Below are positions 30,221 to 42,440 of a stretch of 54,786 bases of DNA, piece by piece; the first letter of the stretch is position 1; each line of letters opens with the position of its first letter. This stretch comes from an uncultured virus (IMG/VR IMGVR_UViG_3300034062_004993). Lineage: Duplodnaviria > Heunggongvirae > Uroviricota > Caudoviricetes. Below the pieces are notes generated by a model, which worked only from the letters and a program-made list of their open reading frames with translations, was not told the origin of the DNA and did no database searches. Location of the stretch: the IMG/VR virus record IMGVR_UViG_3300034062_004993. One strand, 5' to 3'. The translations under genes were made by a program, and so were the position numbers.

Positions 30221-30823
30221 ATATTCTTTTTTCAATCTATGACATCTATTATAGTTTCCACCTTTGGGAGTTAATCCAACAAAAATCAAAGATTGTCTGA
30301 AATTCCATTTATTAATCAACAATGATTCTAACAAAGTTTCATCGGTAACTTTCATTTTTCTTTCTTTTTTATTTCTACCTCTCCATGTAGAAGTAATTGA
30401 ATGGCAGTTAGGACATAACATTTCTAAATTATCTCTATTGTTGTTAAAGTGATTACCATCTTTATGCTCTAATTCTAAAACTAAAGTGGTGTTTAACCAC
30501 TCACTCAATCCACATTTATTACATTTTTCTTCCTGTTCATAAAGTATTCTAAACCTGAGAGATTGAAAACTAAGTTCAGAGTATTCTGATTGTAATATTT
30601 GGTTTTTATGATTTTCTTTTCTTATATTTCCAATCTTAATCCAAAAACTACTAGGTCTATTGGAGTTTGATTTTTTAACTTTTTCAGAGTTTTTTGCAGA
30701 TTTAGATTTTTTTAACTTATCAGATTCTGTCCAATTTCTACTATTTCTGCAAGATAACGAGCAATAATTAACTAAACCTCTAGATGGTTCAAATTCATTT
30801 CCACATTTTTTACATTTTTTCAT
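30206..30823 (-). CDS. HNH (homing) endonuclease with N-terminal Zn-finger
   Basis: CKKC..YCSLSC; CNKC..LELEHKDGNHFNN..NLEMLCPNCH. Confidence 0.88.
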   Translation of the reverse strand: MKKCKKCGNEFEPSRGLVNYCSLSCRNSRNWTESDKLKKSKSAKNSEKVKKSNSNRPSSFWIKIGNIRKENHKNQILQSEYSELSFQSLRFRILYEQEEKCNKCGLSEWLNTTLVLELEHKDGNHFNNNRDNLEMLCPNCHSITSTWRGRNKKERKMKVTDETLLESLLINKWNFRQSLIFVGLTPKGGNYNRCHRLKKEYDLVA

Positions 30824-30886
30824 AATTTCCCATTTTATGTAAATATTAAGTTGAACTCAGAAACATTAAAAAATTAAAAAATAAAT

Positions 30887-30908
30887 TAACCAATTGAGCT
30901 ACGAGGTC
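30887..30908 (-). repeat. Orphan duplicate of tRNA-Lys 5' end
   Basis: GACCTCGTAGCTCAATTGGTTA vs GACCTCGTAGCTTAATTGGTA at 30200-30220. Confidence 0.85.
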
Positions 30909-30913
30909 TTTTG

Positions 30914-30986
30914 TACTCCCGACAGGATTTGAACCTGTAACCTCGATGGTATAAGCATCTTGCGCTAACCGTTGCGCCACGAGAGC
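30914..30986 (-). tRNA. trnI: tRNA-Ile(TAT)
   Basis: GATG CT-TAT-AC CATC; normal acceptor, D and T arms. Confidence 0.82.
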
Positions 30987-30994
30987 ATAATGTG

Positions 30995-31080
30995 AGGAAG
31001 GAGTGAGATTCGAACTCACGGAGCTTTTACACCCTTCAGTTTTCAAGACTGATGCAATAGACCCACTCTGCCATCCTTCC
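30995..31080 (-). tRNA. trnS: tRNA-Ser(TGA)
   Basis: TCAGT CT-TGA-AA ACTGA; variable arm. Confidence 0.92.
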
Positions 31081-31188
31081 ATTACACCGTTCGTTGGTAC
31101 TTCGCCGTTATCTGCAGATTCGGTGTTTTCCCCGTTCTTGTTTTATTTAAGTGTACTACCCTACTCGGTGCTTGTAGCCAACACTGTG

Positions 31189-31284
31189 TAGTCAGGACAG
31201 GATTCGAACCTGTAATTAGGATTATTTAATCGGGCTCCATACCGTACCTACCTTTCGATGCGTCTACCATTTCGCCACCTGACT
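31189..31284 (-). repeat. tRNA-like variable-centre element, copy 5
   Basis: Same flanks. Confidence 0.9.
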
Positions 31285-31490
31285 ATTTCGGGACGGGAGT
31301 AAGCCGCTCCCATTTGTCCCTACTGAATTATAGTTGGTTTGTTGTTATAAAGAACTCAAACCCATCTATCAAAAAAAAACTTCTACCTTCGTCTAGTGAA
31401 CCTGTATCCTGCCGTTCCCTAATCAATCGATTGTTACTTTTACGTCTCAACAATCCACGTCCACGGCGGACAAGAAAAAAAGACGGCTTG

Positions 31491-31591
31491 TTGACTAATA
31501 TGGATTCGAACCATAATCCCCCGCCCCAGATTTCAGCCTCAGATATTTACCTACTTTCAAGGGGCAGTGTGCTCCATTACACCATAGCCAA
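31491..31591 (-). ncRNA. tRNA-like RNA with 33-nt anticodon loop
   Basis: TTGGCTA/TAGTCAA acceptor; GCCCC/GGGGC stem; TATGG TTCGAAT CCATA. Confidence 0.65.
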
Positions 31592-31640
31592 TCGAGAGTT
31601 TCGAACCTCTCAGTCTTAGGTTAATTACTCCTAAGATTTG

Positions 31641-31740
31641 TAGTCAGGACAGGATTCGAACCTGTATGTGGTAATCCTTTCAGATATTTCTCACTTACGT
31701 TTTTGCCGTATTAGCGTCTAACCAATTCCGCCACCTGACT
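31641..31740 (-). repeat. tRNA-like variable-centre element, copy 6
   Basis: Same flanks; identical to copy 11. Confidence 0.92.
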
Positions 31741-31839
31741 GATTAAAAAAAAAAAGAAACAGAGGTCATCCAGTATACAGTGTGCGCCTCACCTGATGCA
31801 TCAAGGGACTGTGCGTTTGCGTTTTACTTGTTTCTTTGG

Positions 31840-31953
31840 TAGTCAGGACAGGATTCGAACCTGTATGAAATCATCTTTGGGTACATAAATGTATTTCTAC
31901 ATTCAAGCTGACTTCTCACTTTGTTAGCGTCTAACCAATTCCGCCACCTGACT
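31840..31953 (-). repeat. tRNA-like variable-centre element, copy 7 (followed by encoded CCA)
   Basis: Ends CCTGACT-A-CCA. Confidence 0.9.
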
Positions 31954-31964
31954 ATTTTTTTATG

Positions 31965-32035
31965 TTGTCCCCCAAGGATTCGAACCTCGATAAGCAGAAT
32001 CAAAGTCTGCTGTCCTGCCGTTAGACGAGGGGACA
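31965..32035 (-). tRNA. trnQ: tRNA-Gln(TTG)
   Basis: GCAGA CT-TTG-AT TCTGC. Confidence 0.92.
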
Positions 32036-32045
32036 ATGGCTTTTC

Positions 32046-32061
32046 CAATATGTCAAAGAAC
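32046..32061 (-). promoter_or_regulatory. boxA-like antitermination motif in tRNA operon leader
   Basis: GTTCTTTGACATATTG between promoter and first tRNA. Confidence 0.6.
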
Positions 32062-32097
32062 GATGGTTTTTTAATGAGAACCAACTCAAGAACAAAA

Positions 32098-32129
32098 CAA
32101 ATATACTAAACAATTTTCAATTTTCCAAA
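32098..32129 (-). promoter_or_regulatory. Bacteroidota sigma70-type promoter of tRNA operon
   Basis: TTTG(-33)..TATATTTG(-7); similar motifs near 8900, 15180, 22320, 23015, 23785, 29157, 45520, 48315. Confidence 0.65.
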
Positions 32130-32154
32130 TTTTTAATATTATCTTTTTGTTAAG

Positions 32155-32187
32155 AAAAAAAAAGCCCGAATTTTATTGTTCGGGCTT
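32155..32187 (-). terminator. Intrinsic terminator
   Basis: AAGCCCGAA-loop-TTCGGGCTT followed by T-run. Confidence 0.8.
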
Positions 32188-32369
32188 GCTCTTTTAGATT
32201 TGTATTTGTTATATACACATCCACGGCACAACCCTACCGCCAATATAGTTTACTGGTGTAAACCATATTTTATCTGATTGGAGTTGATTGTTTGAATGCA
32301 TAGTATTTATGTTTTTATTCTTACAATAAGTATATAAAAAAATTTTAAAAATATGATAATGGTTTTTAG

Positions 32370-32455
32370 TAGTCAGTACAGGATTCGAACCTGCAATTTG
32401 CAACCTTAATGATGGTAAAGGATTCGGCTAGCCATGCCTCATTACACTACTGACT
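32370..32455 (-). repeat. tRNA-like element, divergent copy 8
   Basis: Acceptor AGTCAGT/ACTGACT (compensatory change), T-arm conserved, D-arm different. Confidence 0.75.
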
Positions 32456-32732
32456 ATATTATTAGATTTAATTTAATTACTATTTTCTTTTTTACGTTTT
32501 TGTTCTCGCTCCCAAAGTAAGTTTCCCACAATCACACCACATCCAATTGATGAAACGATTCGTAATACCATATTTGGTGCAAGTATTGAATAGGTTAATA
32601 ATGCTGCTGATAGTAGCCACCATAAAGGGAATGGTTTAAAAAAGTTTTTCATATTATTGTTTTTTAATTTGTTTGTTTATCATCCACATCATAAATAAAT
32701 ACATTGCGAATACTATAAGTACAACTAACGCG

Positions 32733-33083
32733 TTATAGGCCTAATCTTTTTAAATAAGCGGGACCATATACATCATAGGTACATCCTTCAACAACATTAC
32801 CACGCGGAATAGGAGCGGGAGCACGCCACGATGCAGCTTTCATCAAATCCGCCCTACGATATGGTTTACCATTTAGTTCACCATCCTTTCGGGCGATAAA
32901 TCCCCATACACTACCATTCACATCAATTTTGTAAAACTTAGAACCCTTTGTTAATTTGATTACAGGCTCATTTAAGGATTGAAACCTTTCTTTATAATAT
33001 CCCTTTAATTGTCCAGTCAAAATTTCCATAAAATCTTCAATAGTTTGACATGGGGGGGATGTTAATTGCGTAACTGATGTCAT
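32733..33083 (-). CDS. Conserved phage early protein
   Basis: SVWGFI..DLMKAASWRAPA..RGNV motif. Confidence 0.7.
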   Translation of the reverse strand: MTSVTQLTSPPCQTIEDFMEILTGQLKGYYKERFQSLNEPVIKLTKGSKFYKIDVNGSVWGFIARKDGELNGKPYRRADLMKAASWRAPAPIPRGNVVEGCTYDVYGPAYLKRLGL

Positions 33084-33095
33084 ATTTTTTTAGGA

Positions 33096-33479
33096 TTATT
33101 TGTTATACATTTTAACCATATTAACACTCACTTTATAAGTCTTACCACCACGAGTAACCAATACAGGTGATTTGGTAGATTTAGGTTTCCAACCCGAAAT
33201 CACATACTCATTACCCTGTAAGATGATTGTTTGACCAAGATTAAAGCCTGGTAATTGATATTTACCATAAGTATTAAAAGCGGATGCCTCTTTAGTCATA
33301 ACCACCCCATTAGAAGCTTTAACAGCAGCTTGAACCTTATAAGTTACATTGTTTGAGGTAAAGGTAGCATTACCAACGGAAAGCTGAATACCATATTTGG
33401 ATGATACGGCGCTTAGGGCTGCGTTAATATCATCACGAAGATTCTTAACGGCGGCCCTGTCAAAAGATGTAATTTTCAT
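33096..33479 (-). CDS. Hypothetical early protein
   Basis: 127 aa, directly downstream of promoter module. Confidence 0.7.
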   Translation of the reverse strand: MKITSFDRAAVKNLRDDINAALSAVSSKYGIQLSVGNATFTSNNVTYKVQAAVKASNGVVMTKEASAFNTYGKYQLPGFNLGQTIILQGNEYVISGWKPKSTKSPVLVTRGGKTYKVSVNMVKMYNK

Positions 33480-33496
33480 AGTGTTTGTTTTTTTAA

Positions 33497-33605
33497 CTTA
33501 CATAGTAAAGATAAGGAAGAAATAGCAAATATCCAAGCTTTTTATGTTAAATTATCGTTAAATTTATCCACATTTTGGGTTAAAACTGTCCAATAAATTG
33601 GACAC
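33497..33605 (-). promoter_or_regulatory. Repeated early-promoter module (about 14 copies near 18790, 21040, 21275, 33497, 37224, 37815, 39920, 40650, 41070, 42370, 44625, 44900, 50818, 54308)
   Basis: AAAGCTTGGA..TATCTTTACTATGTAA; many copies have upstream TTAAC x2 and/or TGTGGATAA and a GTCCA/TGGAC hairpin. Confidence 0.75.
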
Positions 33606-33701
33606 TTATTCAATATTTCATTTCATTTTGGTTAGGGTTTAACATTTTGGTGGTGTCAACGAAATGGTATAAAGGCTGACGATGAGTTCATAAATAAGGT
33701 A

Positions 33702-37001
<3,300 letters not shown>

Positions 37002-37289
37002 TTTAATTAGTTTTTATAGTTTCAAACAACCGATACCTCCCACACGAATCGGTCAGGGTCTTGACTTGAGGCCCGAATCCGTTGGAGCGGGATAGCACAT
37101 ACTCGCAGGCGTTACCCTTGGCCCGCACCTCAATCACCTTCCAAGGGCGGTCGTTGGTGCAAGCGGTCAGCAGGAGCAGAAGTAGGAATGGTCTCATAAC
37201 TTAATTTTTTAGTTTTTTAATTATTACATAGTAAAGATAGGGATAAAACCCCATATTTCCAAGCTTTCTGTATTAAATTTAGGTTAAAT

Positions 37290-38101
37290 TTATTCATTTT
37301 CCATATCAATCCAATCCACATCACCATCTTCCATCATATTATTATCTTCCAATAGTGTCCAATACCGCTCTTTCCACCTATCTAATTCAACACCATCTAT
37401 GAGTTGAACTTGTCCCGTTTTTTTGGCAAGATATGCAATACCCCAATTAAGTATTTCTTCGGCCTGGTTTAGTAAACCATCTTCCAACATTACCAATACC
37501 CGTTTATAATTTTCGGTTATGGTATCTAATTTTTTTGGTTTTCTTCCTCGCTTTTTCATATGTATAAAATTTTATCGGTATAAAGTAACAATTGACCCAA
37601 AATTAGAGTCAAATACCCTAATCAAATTTTCGTAATCACCACTCATCATTTCGTTTACGATTTCTTTGGAATTAAATCCCAATTGTTTGGAAAGATTTTG
37701 AGCAAGACCAATGAGATAAAATGCATTTCCCTGCGGCCCTGTTAAATCAACTTCAATAGCTGAATTTTTTACTTTTTGCTTAATAGCCATAACTTTTATT
37801 TTTAGTTTTTTAATTATTACATAGTAAAGATAGGTATAAAACCCCACTTTTCCAAGCTTTCTGTATTAAATTTAGGTTAAATTTTATGCTTTCCAAAGGT
37901 GTAATAATCTTGAGCCTCATCATCGGCACTCATTTTCATTTCATCATCAATCCTATCACTATATTTTATCTCATTAAAGATAACGGCTATCTTGTTCTTA
38001 TCTTCTTGTGTGGCATGCCCACTATCTTCAAAAATAATAAGTAACTCACAAGCACTATTTAATAATCGTTTTAAGGTTTCGCTGGTCGTTTCGCTGGTCA
38101 T
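37290..38101 (-). other. Three small hypothetical CDS (37290-37559, 37572-37790, 37877-38101)
   Basis: ORFs; the second has a conserved-looking DLTGPQGNAF..MMSGDY motif. Confidence 0.6.
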
Positions 38102-38143
38102 CGTCTGTTGGTTTATTGGTTGAACAAAAGTCTTTGATGGTAG

Positions 38144-38638
38144 TTATGGTATTAGTTTGTATTTACGTCCGTTGTGTTCAATGATTTCGGGGGGGCGGTT
38201 GTCAATAATTGCACCAACTGAATCCTCAAAGTAGATGACATCGCCATTTGAATCAAATTCAGATTTAAACCAATATCCACTTGAATCTTCACCATAGAAA
38301 CGATAGTCATTTTTGTCCATAATTTCAAGGTTGCCATTGGCCTCAAAGTCCCAGTTCAGCCATTGGCCGATTGTTTGTCCGTCTTTCATGGTTAGGGTAT
38401 TAGTTGATATTTTTTGCCGTTGTGTTCGATGATTTGAGGGGATGCGGTTGTCAACAATATTACCGCCTGAATTTTTAAAGTAGATAACATCGCCATTTGA
38501 ATCAAATTCGGATTTAAACCAATATCCTTTTGAAGTTTCATGGTATATATCGTCGCCATTCTTGTCTTTAATTTTAAGGCTGCCATTGGTCTTGAAATTC
38601 CAGTTCAGCCATTGGCCGAGTGTTTGTCCGTCTTTCAT
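38144..38638 (-). CDS. Tandem paralog pair fused by a +1 frameshift
   Basis: Two MKDGQTxGQWLNW..DNR modules. Confidence 0.65.
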   Translation of the reverse strand: MKDGQTLGQWLNWNFKTNGSLKIKDKNGDDIYHETSKGYWFKSEFDSNGDVIYFKNSGGNIVDNRIPSNHRTQRQKISTNTLTMKDGQTIGQWLNWDFEANGNLEIMDKNDYRFYGEDSSGYWFKSEFDSNGDVIYFEDSVGAIIDNRPPEIIEHNGRKYKLIP

Positions 38639-38642
38639 AGGT

Positions 38643-38967
38643 TTAGTGTTTAGTTTCTTCAATTAGTTCTCCGTCTTTCCAATGACGGGTTTTGGTAATG
38701 TTTCCCTGTTCATCAAATTCCTCCTCAATTCCATCCGCCTTACCTTCTTTGTATGGGGTTCTCCAATGGATTTTTCCGTTTTCATAGAACATCTCCTCAA
38801 TTCCATCCTCCTTACCTCCTTTGTATGAGGTTCTCAAATGGATGTTTCCGTTTTCATAGAACCACTCCCAAATACCTTCTTCTTGCTCTTTTGAGTTTAG
38901 TTGTCCTTTGACCCATATATTTCCGTTGGGGTAATATTCAATGTAGGGTGTGAGTTCGTTGGTCATA
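38643..38967 (-). CDS. MORN/YwqK-like repeat protein (near-duplicate of 15251-15574)
   Basis: Start MTNELTP; 3' ~150 nt identical to the 15251 copy. Confidence 0.8.
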
Positions 38968-39346
38968 GGTTTAGTGTTTAGATTGTTATGTGCCATTTTA
39001 GTGAACACAATTCCGAAGATTCCACTCTTGAAGGTCAATGTACTTATCATAGGTACACTCTTGACCACTTTCAATCTCATAAATTTGATTATCAAAAGCG
39101 TCTATTTTATCTTGTTTTACAATCCATTCTTTATACTCGTCAAGAGTGTTGAAGCCAAACATTTGACCTTTCTGATTATTTACTACTATTATCATAATTT
39201 TTGAATTAATTTGGTTTATTGGTTGAACAAAAGTGCGTAAATGAATCTGCCGAAGAAAATTACACTAAGCACTACTGCTAACGTTGTAAATCCATACTCA
39301 AGTATAGTTACAACTAAATGGTTATTGGTTTTTGGTTTCATAACTT

Positions 39347-39901
39347 TTATTTAGAAGCGGATTGAATTATACTAAATGCTTTACTAACCACTTTTTGGTC
39401 AGATACATATTTTACAGTATCATTGAATTCCCTACCCACATTTACCACCTCATTCACCACCCATTCAACTTTACCAAATGGAGCCCGATTATCAACAAAC
39501 ACATACTTAACCGAAGCTTCCAACACCATACCCGTCAAACCACAAACCGAACCTGAAGTTTCATAACTCTCATAGATATCATGCATACCATTGAATGTAC
39601 CATACTCCCAAAGGTGGGCAAATTTTTCTACCTCATAAGCAATTTGTGAATCAACGGGAGCACCCATTTTAGTGTAAAGATTAACCCGAAGAGAATTACC
39701 ACCAGAGAAAGAGTCCGATTTTACCGAACACATAACCCCATTATAATTCATTTTAACAAACTGCTTTACCAATGAACCTGCGATTGGTGCATTGATATGA
39801 ACATATTTTACGCCGGAATTTGACCCGTAGGTTTTAGTACGGAGGGCTGTGGTGGGAACTTCAAAGTTCTGACCATTAATTTGGATTACCATTTTTTTCA
39901 T
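39347..39901 (-). CDS. Hypothetical early protein, LPD29-like
   Basis: SVKSDSFSGGNSLRV..GTFNGMHDIYE motif. Confidence 0.55.
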   Translation of the reverse strand: MKKMVIQINGQNFEVPTTALRTKTYGSNSGVKYVHINAPIAGSLVKQFVKMNYNGVMCSVKSDSFSGGNSLRVNLYTKMGAPVDSQIAYEVEKFAHLWEYGTFNGMHDIYESYETSGSVCGLTGMVLEASVKYVFVDNRAPFGKVEWVVNEVVNVGREFNDTVKYVSDQKVVSKAFSIIQSASK

Positions 39902-39979
39902 AATGTTTGTTTTTTTAACTTACATAGTAAAGATAGGGATAAAACCCCATATTTCCAAGCTTTCAATATTAAATTTGCG

Positions 39980-40348
39980 TTAATTTTCAGTTTCTTCGAT
40001 TAGTTTCCCTTCTTTCCAAAGTTGGGTTTTAATGATGTTTCCGTTTTCATAGAACAACTCCACAATTCCATCTATCTTACCTCCTACGTGTGGGATTCTC
40101 ATACTGATGTTTCCGTTTTCATAGAATATTTTCCATATGCCGTCATATTGCCCTTTTGAGTTCTTTTGACCTTTGACCCATACATTTCCGTTGGAGTGAT
40201 ATTCAATGTGGGGTGTGAGTTCGTTGGTCGTTGTTGGTTCAACGTTTTTAGATACTGTCTCATACTGTTCCAAACGCTCTTTGAGCTTTGCGTTTTCTTC
40301 TTCAAGTTCTAATATGGTCTTAACCATACTGGTTATTAATTCGTTCAT
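39980..40348 (-). CDS. Coiled-coil plus MORN-like repeat protein
   Basis: ELTPHIEYHSNGNV module. Confidence 0.75.
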   Translation of the reverse strand: MNELITSMVKTILELEEENAKLKERLEQYETVSKNVEPTTTNELTPHIEYHSNGNVWVKGQKNSKGQYDGIWKIFYENGNISMRIPHVGGKIDGIVELFYENGNIIKTQLWKEGKLIEETEN

Positions 40349-40351
40349 CTT

Positions 40352-41911
40352 TTATTGCTCGTTCAAAGGGTTAGTTTCGATTAATAAGTTGTCAAGTACG
40401 GTCATGAAAGGAAATTCTGTGTAGTATTCAACTCCGGCAACAGTTCGAATCGATTTTATTCCTCCTAAATACAGTACAGTTTCTAATGTCAAATGATACA
40501 TAAAATATTTTTCTTCTAACTCTTTAACAACTTTGGCGATTGTGTTGGGGTAATGAACGGCTTTTTTATGCAAAGCATAAACCACTTCAGGTTTTAAACG
40601 GGAATAAAGATTTTTCATATATTATTTTTATTTTTAGTTTCTCAATTATTACATAGTAAAGATAGGGATAAAACCCCATATTTCCAAGCTTTCAATATTA
40701 AATTATCGTTAAATTTTGGAGGAGGGGGGTATTGGTCCAAACGAAAAAAAACACCAATACCCAATCCTCAACCATCTATTATACCAATGATGCCATACAC
40801 TCTTTAGCGTATGTGGACAAATACGGGTAATGGAGAGCAATCTTCAGCGTATGTGGAAGATGAACTCATAATCATACCATCTGTCTCTACCTCTACCATA
40901 TACTCACTCCATACCCGGCGTGCCTCTTCGTGCAAATGCGCAAGTTCCTGTGAAGAGGAATATTCGAGCTGATAAGTGGTTTCGGGCTCGGTGGTGTTGG
41001 GGAAATCTCCGGTGGGGAAATAAACTCTGAAAGTAGCAATCATAAAAGGGGGGTTTAGTTTCTCAATCATTACATAGTAAATATAGGCATAAAACCCCAT
41101 ATTTCCAAGCTTTTTCCCCAAAAGTTATCCACATTTTACAAAAAAAAAGTGTCCAATTTAGTGGACACTTTCATATAGAGTATTTGGTATTGTTTTACTT
41201 CCAATCAATTTTAGGGCAGTATTTGTGATACTTTGCTTTCACCATCTCAACGATGATATTGTCTGTCTTTTCAGTATTACTATTCTTTGATTGCAAGTGT
41301 TCTTTTGTTTTAATAATAGCCCAAGTAATGCCAACTATGATAAGGGAAGTCCAAACACAAAAACCAAAAACTATCATTACCATAAGTAATGAATCCTCAT
41401 CAGGGATGTAAAAGAAAAGACTCAATGTTGAAATCGTGCAAATAATAGCAGCGATAAAGAACCAATAAACAAACGATGTTCCGAGCATATCACCGTATGT
41501 GTCCCGACGACTACGTTTGTAGTTGATGATTTCATAAGGTAGGGTATAAATTGCAAACAAAGGTGAAAGAATCACCGCAGTAACCAGTTTCCAAAAGTAA
41601 GGACACAGGTTGGTGGGCATTGTGTCGGTTTTATAGAACCAACGATAGAGTTTTGCCGAGAGTGAGTTTTGATTTAGTTTCATTTGTTTTTATTATTTTA
41701 TTTTCACGGTAGACCTAATGGTTCCATTTATCTCTACCCTAATATCTAGCACATTTGTAGAATCCACCACTATGTATCGACATCCGTCAACACTATACAC
41801 AATGCCTTTTGGGTATTTCTTTTGAAGCATCTCCTTATCTTGAGAAACAGTGGTGGCATTACAACTTACCAATAATACACCGATGCTGAAAATTGCAATT
41901 AACTTTTTCAT
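40352..41911 (-). other. Small hypothetical CDS (40352-40618, 40804-41043, 41195-41683 membrane, 41693-41911 lipoprotein-like)
   Basis: ORF track; TM segments; LVSC lipobox. Confidence 0.55.
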
Positions 41912-41953
41912 GTCTTTTGTTTAGTTTGTTTAGTTTTGTTTTAAATTGTTTAG

Positions 41954-42061
41954 TAGTCAGTACAGGATTCGAACCTGTAAGGAAGGAGGATTACTATTAA
42001 ATCTAACAAATGTTACCAAGTTTAGATTCCTCAATGCGTCTACCAATTCCGCCACCTGACT
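41954..42061 (-). repeat. tRNA-like variable-centre element, copy 9
   Basis: Same flanks; centre with GAGGA/TCCTC and AATCTAA/TTAGATT stems. Confidence 0.88.
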
Positions 42062-42067
42062 GTTTGA

Positions 42068-42250
42068 TTATTCAATGTACGACCATTTAATAATATGTTT
42101 CTCTTCACATACATCATTATACGAAGGTATGTACCATTCATCATTTTCATAATAGCAAACCTCATATTTCGGTACGTTCTTCAAAGAACTTTGAATTAGT
42201 ACCCAACTACCATCTTTTGGTTTTCCATTTTTAATTTCAACCCATTCCAT
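42068..42250 (-). CDS. DUF551-like small protein between elements 9 and 10
   Basis: MEWVEIK..P..VLI..W..I.KW pattern. Confidence 0.55.
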   Translation of the reverse strand: MEWVEIKNGKPKDGSWVLIQSSLKNVPKYEVCYYENDEWYIPSYNDVCEEKHIIKWSYIE

Positions 42251-42266
42251 ATTCTTTAATTTTTAG

Positions 42267-42349
42267 TTGTCAGTACAGGATTCGAACCTATATGAACTTT
42301 CATTCTCGGGAAGGTTTCCCTAGCGTCTATCCAATTCCGCCACCTGACT
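42267..42349 (-). repeat. tRNA-like variable-centre element, copy 10 (slightly degenerate)
   Basis: Same flanks with substitutions; directly follows a promoter module. Confidence 0.8.
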
Positions 42350-42440
42350 GTGTTTCATATCTCTTTATCTTACATAGTAAATATAAGGATAAAACCCCAC
42401 ATTTCCAATCTTTTTATGTTAAATTATCGTTAAATTAATT

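Noticed and set aside
22023..32035. Suppressor tRNA / alternative genetic code
   Set aside because: No CTA, TTA or TCA anticodons seen; long genes translate intact in the standard code.
28385..32109. ORFs overlapping the tRNA array (28385-28624, 28389-28718, 28696-28878, 29415-29603, 30008-30205, 30846-31082, 31314-31619, 31824-32084 etc.)
   Set aside because: Shadow translations of tRNA and structured RNA sequence.
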